Shown here: positions 1-15,253 of the stretch, piece after piece
Position numbering within the stretch: position 1 is the stretch's first letter
Layout: each line of letters begins with the position of its first letter
DNA from: Amoebidium appalachense
Lineage: Eukaryota > Protista > Ichthyosporea
Direction of reading: 5' to 3'
Length of the DNA stretch: 64,000 nucleotides
Assembly (NCBI GenBank): GCA_963693365.1
Contig: CAVNZM010000008.1
Location: 5,542,310 to 5,606,309, forward strand
Notes under the pieces: model-generated
Seen by the model: the letters and a program-made list of their open reading frames with translations, nothing else
Told to the model about the DNA's origin: nothing
Databases searched by the model: none
Position numbers and translations under genes: made by a program

Positions 1-5
1 TGTGT

Positions 6-39
<34 letters not shown>

Positions 40-80
40 AGCAAAGGGGGAAGAGGGAGGGAGGGATGGGGCGAGGGGTA

Positions 81-153
<73 letters not shown>

Positions 154-154
154 T

Positions 155-250
<96 letters not shown>

Positions 251-1076
251 ATGGGTGGGTAGGTGGGTGGTCGAGGGGTGTTAGGGTGGGATGGGGCAGG
301 TGGGTTGGGGGTGGGGGTGCGGGATGGGGAGAAGGAGTGCCATGGCGTGTATGTGTGTCAGTGGTAGCCTGAGAAATCTCTTAGGGAAATGTTTTTGGAA
401 AGAGGGCCAATGATGAGAAAGGGAACTCGAGTAAAAAGAGTGATGTTATGGGCAACAGGGTGTGTGTGTGGGTGTTTGTGGGTGTGATGACGGGGAATGG
501 GGGAAGGTGGCCTGGGAAAGAATATAGTTTTGATCGAGAGGAGAGAGAGGTGAGGTGAATGAGTTGTTCTTTCTTTTGTGCGTATGTTGGGTAGGGCGAG
601 TGGCGGGTTAAGATGTGTTGAAAGGTACGAAGTTCACATTTTCTACGATGGACAATTGCCTAAAAAATAATTAAAAAAAAAGAATAGTGTTGGTGTGTGT
701 GGTCGGGGAGAGGGGGAGAGTGGTAGTATAGGATGCGGAACACTTTACAAGGTACAACTACACGATGAGAAACAGTGTGCAGGCCACATGCCAAGGCAAA
801 CAAACGCTCACCCACACAACATCAGCAACATAACACATATCATTCCAAACAAGCAGACCCCATCCTCAGGGAAGGCCCGTTTTGGTGGAGACGGGGGAAG
901 GGGGGAGGGGGGGGGGTTTGAATGCGGAACACGGTACGAAGTACGCATACACGACGAGAAGGGGGGAGGGGGGGGGGAGGGAGACAGAGAGAGAGAGAGA
1001 GGAATAGCGAGGGGGGAGGGGGTGGGGGGAAGAGGGGGAGGGGGGGGGGGGGTAGTAAGCTGAGCACACACGCACC

Positions 1077-2540
1077 AGAAAGGGTGCCGCTTTCCTTCGA
1101 CCTCCCGTGCCCCTCGCTATCGATCCTCCCCAGAGACAAACCCCCAGACATACCCCCAGACTCGCCCCCCTGCGACCTCGTCGACGCATACGGCGGTGGC
1201 AGCGGCGGCGGCCCCCCCCGGCAACGTTGAAAAATTTGTCGTCGATGCGGACTGGCGGAGAGAGAAGCCGTGAAGAGAAACCCCAGTCAGAGCACCCGTA
1301 GATGTACTCGCACGGAGGAGGGAAGGGGAGGAATGTGGGGAGACGTTAACGTTGATATGGGAGGTGGAGTGGCGGAGGGAGGCGGGAGAGGCGGTGGAAG
1401 GGTTGGAAGGGCTGGAACTCGAATCCAGGGTTAGAAATACGTTGTGGGCGCTCTGCCTTACGTCGTGGAGAGGGTATGACCCACCCTCGGAGTCGTGGTC
1501 TGTCGTCAGAGCAAATATGGAGTTGCGCGACTTCTTGCGCAAAGTCCCATACCACCCCTCCCCACCACTCCCGCCACCACCACTCCCACCACTACTGCTT
1601 CCCGAACTAAGCACACCCGATCCCCCTCCCCCACCACTCACACCACCGCCCACACCTCCACCCGAACCACCACCGATTCCACCATTATTTGCGTTCGATT
1701 GGCGCCTTGGAACAATCCCACCACCGCCGCCCCCGGCGCCACCAGAAAAATCCCCCCCCAACCCCTGCGTTCCTCGCCGCGTCCCTATGAAGCGACTTCT
1801 TCCTATCGATACTCCCTCCCACCGCCGCCGTCAAAGTCGAACTCGAATTTGAATAAAACCCCCCCTGCTCCTTCTTGCTCACCCACACCCGCCAACCCCA
1901 TCCCCATCCCTACCCCGGCGGAAAATTTCCTTTCTGAGGGTGGCGTGAACATCATCCCGAGCCCATCCTGCCCCTGCCCCTGCCCCTGCTGCTCGTACGA
2001 CTTCAAGAACCTCGGGAATACATCGTTCCTCATTAACAGATAGATCTGGTTTCTCGCCGAGTCAAACGTCTCCGCGTGTGCCCTTTTTTCCACGTCGATT
2101 TGGTGGAGAATGGATGCGCGGGCCGGGGCTGTGATGTTGACTTCGTTGGGGCTCCCCGGCCGGAGGAATTCGTCGCAGATGGCCCTTGCGGAGGCGTAGA
2201 GTTCGTCGCGAGTCTGCGTGGTGCTGTTGGTGACGTATTTCTGCGCTTCAACGTAGAACTGGGTGTGTGTGTGTGGGCGGGGGGTGGGGGGAGGGGTGCA
2301 TGTGTGTGTGTGTGGGGGGGGGGGGGTTGGAGGGGTGTGTGTGGGGGGGGGGGGGGGGGTGTGTGTGTGTGGGGGGGGGGGGGGGGGGGAGGGGTGTTTG
2401 GGGAGGATGGGGGGGGAGGGGAGGGGAGGGGGAAGGGTGGGGGGGGGGGGGGGGTTGGTAAGGGTAGGGACGGTACGCGTGGGTGAGATGGTAAATAGGC
2501 GGTGAGTTGGTGGGTGTAGTTGTGTGTGTGTCTGTGTGTA

Positions 2541-2590
<50 letters not shown>

Positions 2591-2594
2591 TGCG

Positions 2595-2633
<39 letters not shown>

Positions 2634-3111
2634 TGTGTGTGTGTGCGTCCGTGTGTGCGAATATGAGTGTTATTGCGAGTATTGTGAGTGAGTTAGTGAG
2701 TGAGTGAATGAGTGAGTTTGGTGAGTGAGTGAGTGACTGAGTGAGTGAGTGAGTGTGTGTGTGTGTGTGTGTGTATGTGTGTGTGTGTCTGTGTGTGTGT
2801 CTGTGTGTGTGTGCGCGTGCGCACGTGTTCGTGTGTGTGTGGGTGTTTGTGTGTGCATATATATCTTTGAGTGTCCGATTGTGTGCTACAGCATGTGAAA
2901 ATGTGTGCCTGTGGGTTGTGCTTGTGTACAGTTTCTGTACAGTAGTGTGTAGTGTGGTGTGTGTGTGTCAGGTGTGTTCACATGATTGTGTGCACAGATA
3001 CACGCATGTTTGTTGTGTATGTTTGATCAGTGTGCATGTGTGTGGCATGCAAGTGCGTGTGTGCACATGCATGTAGGACAGTGGGTGTATGTGTATGGAT
3101 CACGTCGAGCA

Positions 3112-3183
<72 letters not shown>

Positions 3184-3529
3184 TGGGAACCCCGGAGTTT
3201 ATGTGTCCTGCAAATCACCACAGTGTCGGTTCCACAGAAAAGCTAAGCAGGACATGCAGGAATTCACGTATATGCACCATCGCTGTCCTGTAATTTCTCT
3301 CTGTACTCCCTCAAATCTTTGACTCGAAAAAATCGCGGCCATAGACAGAGGTGTCTCTTCTTGCACCGTTCTACTTGAATTAGCGATGCTGGTCTTTGAG
3401 GATCGTGCTGTCTAGAAAGTAGACATAGGTGCTTGGGGCCGGTATCCACTAAAAGACAGCGGCTCTAAATAGACCCTAATGAAAAGGTCGAATCAACATG
3501 TCTTCGTGTCACATGATGTGTGTGTTGGG

Positions 3530-3570
<41 letters not shown>

Positions 3571-4072
3571 GATCTAATGAGATTGGAGCCGCTTACTAAC
3601 CAATTAGACATAGGTTGCAAACAGCAGAAAAATTCTTCTACGACATCCTTTTATACTTTTATGTCACCAGTAAAATCCAGCTTGGCTGCACAGAGTTTGT
3701 AGATTAAGTCTCGTGCAGCGTTTTCTGGGGGAACCTCTTTTTTTTCTGAGCTAAAAAAGCTCAGAGTTCAGAAGCATGGCATTTTTTGTCAATCACATGT
3801 GCTTACCAGGTTTTTTTATTATTTTTTTATTTCACGTTTTGTTCCCGGAGAGCCTCTCCAGGCCCTCTAGGGAAACTACCGTCTACCACACAGCACCGAC
3901 AGTATAGCACTAGTTAAGATGTGCTTACCAGGTAGTTTTCGGCGTTGTATTCGGAGGTGAGAAACGCCAGAAACTCGTTTGCAGCTGCCTCGTCCAGAAG
4001 AACGGTGTTCATGCCTGGTTTTCTTGCTGTAACGCTCGGAGAGCGGAGTCTGGAAGCTACTTCGCTAGACAT
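1077..4072 (-). CDS. Regulator of G-protein signalling (RGS)-domain protein with long Gly/Ser-rich C-terminal tail
   Basis: Exon 1 4072-3929 reads [48 protein letters not shown]|GTAAGC. Exon 2 starts at 2258 after cacccag and reads FYVEAQKY...[19 protein letters not shown]...[25 protein letters not shown], a classic RGS signature (F..FL..E..EN..F, EVNI, F.RFL.S). The tail continues through ORFs 1685-1888, 1117-1761 and 840-1151, changing frame at G-runs, to a probable donor near 1076. The last exon was not resolved. Confidence 0.88.
3812..3918 (-). mobile_element. 107-bp 3' fragment of the LINE at 7239-8475, with 15-bp TSD
   Basis: The reverse complement matches 8342-~8445 including the A-rich tail. 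It is flanked by ATGTGCTTACCAGGT at 3797-3811 and 3919-3933. Confidence 0.92.
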
Positions 4073-4959
4073 TTTCGTTGTTTCATCAGAAGAAAAAGGA
4101 GAAAGAAAAGGAAAGAGGAAGAAGTGGAAGAAAGAGAAAAGAAAAGAAAGAAGCCTGCTTTATTGCTCGACTACCCACCGGGATTGTAAACGTGTTTTGG
4201 TTGGGTAGTTTAATAACTAGAGCAGAGCCAGTTGTGTATTTGGCTTACAACTTTGTCTTAATTTGATTTTCTGTTTTCTTTCAGGTGCTTTCGTGTGTTT
4301 TTGCTTAACACAAATCGGTTGGTCATTCGTTGTCGTTGAGCTCTTCTTGTCACTGATTTAGTTTCGCTGATACATGATGATTCAGTGATATGTTGTTCAC
4401 ATGACATGTAATCCGTCGCTGAAGGCTTGGTGCTTGGTATAAACTACGCTGCACGGAAACACCCACACGTAACCCCTCCCCGCCCTACATAGCCAATACA
4501 AAGAAGAAGAATAGAGCCCTTCTTTTCGCTTCTTCTCGCTTTTTTTCCAGGAAAGAAACCTGAACGTTGTAAGCTGGAGAGACGGAAAACGTAACACCAC
4601 ACAGAGCCTCGGACACGGATGACTTGAGGACAAGTTGAGGTCTGTTGATGGGGTCACACTCTTTTCCGTGACCGCATATTCAGTAGCCGGCAAAATCATT
4701 CCCACTCGGCGATCGTGGATTGGCCGAATAGTTGACAACTGTTGTGAGGTCTCCGAATGTTTTTTTCACTTACAGGAATTATGATAACCATGTTTTTGTT
4801 TATAGCAACAAAGTACGTAGTATTATGATAGTTATGCTAGGAATGAACTCTCTGAAGCACATGGAGGGTGCCATATAGATTCGAATACAACAGCCGGCAG
4901 CCGCACCAGTGTTGTGTGACCGCCTTCTGCGGCCTGAAATACCCTATGTATACACCAGT

Positions 4960-5951
4960 TCGGAATTTCCGTTGGAATTTGTCTGCTTAACCTTATATGG
5001 CTTACCTCCAAGATTCGGATCATCTAATTGGCCTCACATTCCGAAAGGGCTAGAGTAAGGGCTGCCCACACCCGATTGGGGCCGAAATTCAAATACAAGG
5101 ACTCCGAGGTGCATCTCACTCCCTCTTTCTTTTCTCTTCCTGTTTTTTCTGCCTTTTCGCGTTATTACCATACGCAGTATAAGTTTCTTTCTCGTTCTGA
5201 TAGAGAAATCAAAGGTAAAACTCAGTCGGCATGTGTTATGTTCCTTAGGCAACACCGTACTGATCATTATCGCTTTTTGGGAGCTTTGGCAGGATACATT
5301 ACTCCTGCTGTACGTATGGATACCACCCTAGTAGATGAGTCTGTACGGTGCTCTGATGTTGATATTGCCTGGGAAGTTGTGCAGTGGCGCTGTAATTCTT
5401 GTTTCCATCGCCGCTGGTGCCACTTTTGTGCTGACCTTTTTAATCGCAAGCATGTTGATAGGTGTGAATTTTTATGTCGCGTTTTACCTCTTTCCCTCCG
5501 GGTATCTGCTACACTAGCTGGCAATGTGAACACTTTAGACTTTTGTTGAATTCTGTTGGTCGTCACATTGAGTATTTATATGATTTTCACACAGTGTTCA
5601 GGTATCTCAGTATGCACTTGTTACTGGATAACTCGTGAAGTTTTTATTGTCTTCTCAGTATGCCGTGCATACTTGTATATCTTTCCGTTGAATAAATCCA
5701 GTCAAAAGAAAAAAATGTTTCACCCGTTTTTACTTAGAAAATCGGCTTTGGTTCATTATGAAAAGTTGTCGGAAATAAAAAAATCCGTAATAATGACATA
5801 GGCTGTCGGGGATGTCCGACGCTCCATTCATCGTCAAAATCTGCCAAAATCCGTCCGGCTAAGCCTCCGACTGTCAGGGCCTTGGCCGATCGCCTATGAC
5901 AAAATCATAGTTTTTTCTAGTTTTCACCATTAAATAAGTGACGGACACCCC
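4960..5951 (+). mobile_element. Degenerate 3' fragment of a retroelement related to the RT at 37356-39530
   Basis: ORF 5028-5549 ends VVQWRCNSCFHRRWCHFCADLFNRKHVDRC...NVNTLDF, then after a frameshift LLNS...YDFHTVFRYL. This aligns by eye with the RT C-terminus AIQWRSN...CP...FNRSCIAKC...NYNILDFILN. Upstream TLYGLPP resembles SIYGLVP. Putative 3' end GTGACGGACACCCC|A at 5951. The 5' limit is uncertain. Confidence 0.7.
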
Positions 5952-6669
5952 ATGTTGCATATGCAATAAATGTTTGTCGCGTTATGTATAAAAATATTAA
6001 TTAGTTGACCAAAACCTGTTATTTATTCATTTTTTAAACTTTGATCACTTAAAGCGTCATTTGGTATATGAGTAGCCTTTCTCCCAGCCCTTCATTTCGT
6101 CATCGCATTTTTGGAGCGAAGCAACAAATAGGGAAATTTACATAGGCGATCCGAATTTGTGTATACCTTAGTAAATGGCCTTCAGAGCCATACGATCGTT
6201 CATTGCGCCGTTTATCATGCATACATCTTACCACGCATTCCATCGTGCTCTATTTGATTGGCTTAGCCGTAACTAGAGATCCCGAGACGATAACCAAGCC
6301 TAGACCTGATTGGCTTACAGAGAACCCATGTCTACGAGACGCATTGCGCATTGCGCATAGAAATCACGCATATGCAAGTAGTCACTTGCCGCAGGCGACA
6401 TGCAAGGTATGTTGAGCCCGGGCCGCAGCGTAGTAGTGTCGAATATGCAAGTTTGTTCGTGTGCGTGCTTTCATGCACGTGCACAACACCACCATGTGTG
6501 ACGTTGTGTGTGCCACTTGGTTGATATTGAATGAGGCTCTCTACTTTCGTTATCATGATTCTCGAGCCACAGAAGTGCTCTAGGTATCAGGACGCTGGGC
6601 TAGCTGTTATTATAAATAATGCACACACACACGCACGCACGCACATGGCGCACGAACACACGCGCGCGC

Positions 6670-6718
<49 letters not shown>

Positions 6719-7238
6719 CACACACACACAAAGATACATGTGTGCGAGCGCGTCACTCATATGCACACCGTGGCACACACACACGCGCGGGCACAGACAC
6801 ACACACACACACAGTGGGCGTCCTGCCTGAGATCTCGCCGTAGCCTCCGAGTGTGGTTCGAATTCTGAATAAAGTTTATAAAGCTGGGCCTGTAACAACC
6901 CTTCTACCCCCCCCCCCCCCCCCCTTCCCCCCCCACCCCACCTCCTGTCCGGCCCCCTCTAGATCGTTGTGTGTTTGCTTGGCGGCCGTGTGGCTGGTTT
7001 TCTATATTATTGCCGCTTGTGTGCGCGTGTACACGTGTTGTGCGTCTGTGTGCGTGTGCGCGCACGTGTGCGTGTGTGTGCTGTAAACCTTTAGACACAA
7101 CTATTTATGCATGTGCACGTGCGTGTGTTTGTACCTGTGTGTGGGTGTATGCGCGCACTTGTGTTTATGTGTGCGTGTGTGTGTTGCATGCGTGTGTTCA
7201 GTACGTATTTGAATTTTGTGTGATCGTGAGTGTGTGAA

Positions 7239-8475
7239 GGCCGGCAAGACCAAGGCTATGTCCATACTAGCCGACCCCAGACTGCTTCCAGCCGAACGGA
7301 ACCCCCTCAAGCTCAACAAGGGGCCTGCACAGGCAACCATCGGGGCCGTCAGAGGCAACATTCGTAGCCTGTCCCTGGCCATGGGCACCCTGCCTGCCAT
7401 TACACGGCTACACCGAGATCACCCCACCGTCGTTACACAGCCCACATGCCCCCGGCGCAGCCAGCACCCTGAGACCACCACCCACCTCTGGGCCTGCCCG
7501 GCCCATGCCGGGGAGGTCCCCACCCTGACCACGGCCATCACAGCCTGCATCCACAACGTCCTGCACACTCGTCATCCAAACACCCCCACGGCACAGCACC
7601 ACCATACGGCAGCCACGGTGGTAGACCAATGTGCATGGATAAACTGGATAGGAGGCAACGGTGACCAACCAGACCCCGAAGACATCAAGTGGGTCGAACG
7701 GGGATTCTGCCCACGATCGGTGGGCCCACTACTTGCAGCCACCGGCACCACCAAGACCACCACCCGGGCCATCTTAGGAAAAATCACAGTAGAGTTGCAG
7801 TCCTTTTTCTTTTCAAAAATTTGGCACCCACGGAACACAACACTCCCCCCCACCCACCCCAAAATGCAAAAACACCACCATATACCCACCACCCGTACAA
7901 AGAAAAGTATGGCTCCCCAAAAACCCAAGACACCAACAAATACACCCCCCACACACACCCGGCCAGCCTGTTCTGAGTGCCGGAACACACACAGACCCAG
8001 TGTGCCCTGTAAAACCCACCTTTTAGTCCACAAAAGCATCGCCACAACATACGTACAACAACACATAATGTTAGGCAGCAACCCCCCACCACCACCACAA
8101 CCACACCCCATCATCCACCCATACCCACCGTAAATACTATACACAACACTTAGGACTTCCCAATACTGTAGATCGACCAATGAGAGCCCTCGGTTAAGGT
8201 ATCATTATTGCTAGGTTTTGAATGGAGGGGAGGACTGGAGCCTCCTGCCGGCGTGGCTGGGGTAGTAGCCCTGGGCAAAGTGTGTACTTATAGTTAGAAT
8301 GTGAAAGAATTGTTTAGCTTAGCTGAACTCATAGATAGCACCTTAACTAGTGTACTGTCGGTGCTGTGTGGTAGACGGTAGTTTCCCTAGAGGGCCTGAA
8401 AAGGCCCTCCGGGAACAAAACGTGATAAAATAAAATAATAAAAAATAAAAAATAAAAAATAAAAAAAATAAAAAA
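7239..8475 (+). mobile_element. 5'-truncated non-LTR retrotransposon (LINE) 3' end with A-rich tail and 13-bp TSD
   Basis: ORF to 8133 carries a degenerate C-terminal zinc-knuckle (TCPRRSQHPETTTHLWACP). (TAAAA)n tail at 8426-8475. TSD GTGAGTGTGTGAA at 7226-7238 and 8476-8488. Confidence 0.9.
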
Positions 8476-8488
8476 GTGAGTGTGTGAA

Positions 8489-8568
<80 letters not shown>

Positions 8569-9053
8569 GTGTGCATTTGTGTAAAGAAAGCGTGCAACGC
8601 CGGTCGTTGTGTACCTTGGTCCCCATGTGTGTGGGGGAGTCATGGGTGTTTTACGTGCCGACGTTGTCTGTGTTGTGCAACGTAATATTATAAAAACACA
8701 GCGAAATTACTAAATCGAAATATTAAAAGGGCAGGACAGACGGCCAAGGGGAAGAGCACGGGTAACTTAGAAAGAAGTGAGCATGAGTTGGGTGTTCGGA
8801 GAGAATGTATCAAAAAGATTTAATTTGTACTGAATAAAAAGACTCGAGATTGATAAAGTTTCACACTCACGTACAGTACACAGTACACGGTGTCGCATGC
8901 TGTCACAAAGCAGATTGTGGAGTGCGCCCAGCCCCCCCCCCCCCCCCCCCCCCCTCCCCCCTCCCCTTTTTTCTCTCTCTCGAAGCCCTCCTTCTTCCGT
9001 ATTATTTAATAGGGGGCATGTGGAGAGGGGGAAAGGGGAGGGAGGCCGCAAGT

Positions 9054-9084
<31 letters not shown>

Positions 9085-9507
9085 CCTCTGAATAGGGACA
9101 GAAAACAAGCTAATGGCTCGGAATATGGCATATGGATGAGAAATCACCGCACAGCAAGCCAAAAGTCAAAACGGTTTGGCTGGCTTGTTTGGCACCATTT
9201 ATATTAGCTGGTCATATCCACTCCTCGTAATTAAAACATTGAGGTAGGCACTTCCAATTTATGATTGGCCTTCCCCTCCCCCTCCTCCCCCTCCCCCTCC
9301 CCCTCCCCCTCCCCCACTCCCCCTCTCTCATGCTTCTCCCTCCCTCCGCCCTGCCCCTCCCTTTCCCGTCTGCCCAACCACAACCCACTACTCACACATA
9401 GAAAGACACACCACGCGCGCGGGCACGAGCTTCCACACGGAAACCCCGTAACCACACTGCTAAGTTGAAATGTTCACTTGCCCATATTTGAATGATTCAG
9501 GCGAAGC

Positions 9508-10400
9508 TCACTCATTTGCATACGACATGCAACACTGCTTGACCGAGCACGTGTCGTTCGAATCATTCGCCATCCTACACTTTGCCTCCCCCTTCCCACC
9601 CTTCCCCTTCTTATATCCGTTGGGGCATTTGATCATGTCCCGGCATTTAAAAAGACCCCCTTTCAGTTCTTGGTCGCAACACCACGTAGGCATACACACG
9701 TCCTCGCCTGGCATTTCAGGCACTGCCTTACACGCGCGTATCTTGTCACCGAAAACCTCGTTTCCGTAGTACTTTTTGCACTTTACGGCCGAGTCACAAA
9801 GGACATATCCTTTCTTATATCCAAAGGGAAGTTTCTCTGGTAGGTTCTGCAGCTCGTCGCAACAGATTTCGCTGTGCCAATGTCTGTCTGTCGTGGTCCG
9901 GTCTGCCTCTGTCGACAGAATTTCGCCATAGTTAGGTTTTCCTCACTGGGAAGGTACTTTTCACATATCACCCCGTGCATGCAGCTTATGGGAGCGGGTA
10001 GAATGGGCCCTTCCTGGCAACAGTTTTCGAAACTGCACAACTTTTTCCCGCCCTTTTTTCCGTCCGTGCTGCAGAGAAGTTGCGAGCCGCCCGGTGTCAG
10101 CTGGTAGTAGCCTTTGTCGACATCACAAACGCCATCACACGTGCGCACAACGGCGGGCGGTGGCCTTATGGCGTTATCACAGCACCATTCGTCGCCACAG
10201 ACATTTTCCTGATTTGGTTTCGTGCGGCACGGGAAACACGTGCGAGGTTTTCTGGAATCTTCTGGATCCATGAGGTAGCGTGAGCACTTGATTTTGGTTG
10301 TGCATTCGATGGGCGTGTTGTCTGTTGGTGTTATGGCGACATCTGCACGTGATAGGGTGGAAAATATGGCGAAAAAAGTGAGTGTAAGCAGAAACGACAT
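9508..10400 (-). CDS. Secreted cysteine-rich repeat protein (five C..C..Y..C..C..CC modules), one frameshift near 9878
   Basis: Signal-peptide-like MSFLLTLTFFAIFSTLSRA. Modules end CGDEWCC and CSFENCC in ORF 9783-10400. After a frame switch they continue HSEICC, CMPTWCC and CSVKQCC to the stop at 9508. No introns. Confidence 0.75.
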
Positions 10401-11053
10401 TGTAATGGGCCGTGGGTTAGAACTGAAGGTTTGGAGGGTAGGGAAGGGTCACGGACTAAAAAAGAAAGGAAAATTCTTCGAGGGAAGCTGTGCTGAGACA
10501 CACGTTCTTGAAGCTTGTGAGATTATCACAAATAGTTTGTTTAGGCTTTGGTTTTCACTGCTAGTACGCCGGTGAAACAAGCACTACATATCAGGGTACG
10601 TACCCTGTCAGTAATAGTGACTCTGGAGTCTGCCAGTCCGAGGGCCGCCCGTTTCGTTTTTGCCCTGAAAGCTCCGGGGCGCTTGGGTGGAATCCGATTG
10701 ACTCAAGTTCCACCCTGGACCAAATATGGCTATATTCATTTTTAGGTCACCAATCACAGATTTGCTTAGGGATAAACTAAGCCATTCGGAGCGTGCAAAG
10801 AGATGTCAAAAGTCAAGCGCCAATCACATCATGTCTTGACGGATAAAATACATTCCGGAGAGATTGCAGTCAATGCAGTGGGTGCATCGATCTCAAGTGC
10901 ACGACCGTTTGTAGTCGTCATTGACTCGTCAACTGTGGTGGCATGTACACGCGCACGGACCGATTCAGTCTCACCGCAGTCAGTGGCAGGCTCACAGCTG
11001 TAGAACGGAAGACTTTCCATCTGTTGCTGCAGGCAACAGGTGGGTCCTTTGAT

Positions 11054-12900
<1,847 letters not shown>

Positions 12901-13351
12901 AAAAAAAACAACAACATCAAGCCTTCGAAGGACTCTCAGAGCAGCCCCGGACTTCCTGCTAGCAAATCTGACTCCCATTGAATTGAGGGTGTTGTTGCCT
13001 ACTAATATTTTATTGCTTGTCTGTATTGTGCTACCTGCTTGGGAGCTTTTGATAACTTGATGACAAAAGCACAACCACAGCTCCGTAGAGTGTATTGAAA
13101 AATCTATTTTTGATCATAATAAAGGCTGCACTTCATGGCCTGTGCACGTGAATTTTATACAGTCAAAAGAGTATTGAAATTGAATTTGTTTGTGCCACTG
13201 ATTACAGTGATTGTGTGTGTGTTTAAATTAGGTGATGGGTTGGGGATGGCGCCACTGCAGGCCGTGTAGAACGTGTACGGGGGGGGGTGGCTTCGAGGGT
13301 GGCATGTGTCTGTGTGTGATTCAGTGTGCGTTTGTGTGTGTGACTGTGCAT

Positions 13352-13391
<40 letters not shown>

Positions 13392-13703
13392 AGTGTGTGT
13401 GTGTTGGTGTGTATGTGTGGTGGGTGTGGGGGTCCCGAGGGGAGGGGGGGGTGGGGGGGGGGGGTGGTGGAGGAGAGGAGGGAAGGGGGGGGGGGGGGGG
13501 GGGGGGATTTGCGCTTGAAATTGAAGAGCACGACTTCGACTCTAAAACCTTTTTCGGTGTGTGTGGGCTAAGGAGGGGGCGGCGGGGGGGGGAGGGGGGG
13601 AGGGGGGGGGGGAGAGGGGGGGGGGGGAGAGAGAGAGAGTGAGTGAGTGAAGGGGAAGCAGGGGGATAGGGAAGCAGTAAGGCCTGAGTGGAGGCAAGGG
13701 ATC

Positions 13704-13738
<35 letters not shown>

Positions 13739-14541
13739 CCCGCTGGGGAAGAAAGAAACAAATCTCTGCTGCGCTCATGTTTTGTCCCGTGTTAACGATC
13801 TTCATCAACAGCTTACATACCGGGCCACGCACAAAAAATAAAAACTTTGGGGGGGAAAAGAAAGAAAGAAAGAAAAAAAGAAAGAGAGAGAGAGAGAGAA
13901 CCAATCTGCAAATGCAAGAAATCGGAAAGCCCACCCATCACCCACTGGCCGGGGGGTGGATGGGTGGTGGCCATGCATATGCATGGTGGTGGTGGTGACC
14001 AAAACTGCGTTTACGGTACACCCTATAAAATACCCTCCAGTTTTCAAAAATACTTTTCAACTTCTTTTGCATGGTACGGTACATTTTCGACCATGGTAGA
14101 TGGATGGTGTGCATGGTATGGATGCTTCATAGAAAAATGTCCGGAAATACCGTCCAGCCTGTAGGAAACTACAAGATTTTTAATAAAAAAATACCATCCA
14201 AATTTCGTGAATTTTAGGCCCTACCATGATGGTGGTGGCGGTGTCTGAGAGGGGGGCAAGGGGAGGTCACATAAGGACTCGACGGAAACAGTCCCTTTTA
14301 CCGTTAAATGCACGTTAAATGCACAAAAAATATGCACATAGACGGATGCTATGACACACAGGGGCTAAAATGATTAATGTTTTTTCGTGAATGCGGCAAT
14401 ACCATCCACCTGTGATCGGTGCGGGATATGTATTTTTACCTTTCGCGGAAGTGCATGGTCTGGCTCGGACGTCACTTCATCGGTACTGGAGTAGGTGGGT
14501 GGTTCGGGTGTCACAGTGTGTGTGTGTGGGTGTGTGTGTGT

Positions 14542-14590
<49 letters not shown>

Positions 14591-14990
14591 GGGGAGAGAG
14601 AGAGAGAGAGAGAGAACGAGAGAGAGAGAAAGAGAGAAGGGAAGGTGGGGGGGGAGGGAGAATGGGAGAGAGGGAAAGTGAGGAGGGGGGGGGGGGGGGG
14701 GGGGAGGGGGGTTGGAGGGGGAGATGCCATTTGAAGCGTATTTGGCCATTGGGGGGGGGGGGGGGGGGGGAATGATGGTCCCAATACAATTGGGCAGATA
14801 TCATCGAAGCATTGTATGTATCTGTACATTCTACATGTTAGGCAAAATAATGCGGTACATTCTTTTTATCTACAGGCCGTGTTCCTCAAAGACACCTGGA
14901 GAAAATGTGTGTGGGTGTGTGTATTTGTACATTTGCGCACACTAGGTGTGTGTGCACAGGAGTGTGTGTGTGTTTCGACAGCGCGCGCGC

Positions 14991-15066
<76 letters not shown>

Positions 15067-15253
15067 ACGTGTGTATGTGCGTGCACAAGGGCATGTGTAG
15101 GCGTGAGCACATCCTAGAACGTCCCACGATGTACATCCACATGCGCCTACACACGTCCCAGTAGAGGGGATCCAATAAAATACGGGAACTTACTATAATT
15201 ACACTCGGTGCAACTAGATAGAGCATGGTACTTGCACCTCATATCACATCTAT

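Noticed and set aside
10592-10607. 16-bp perfect palindrome CAGGGTACGTACCCTG
   Set aside because: It is isolated, with no supporting context.
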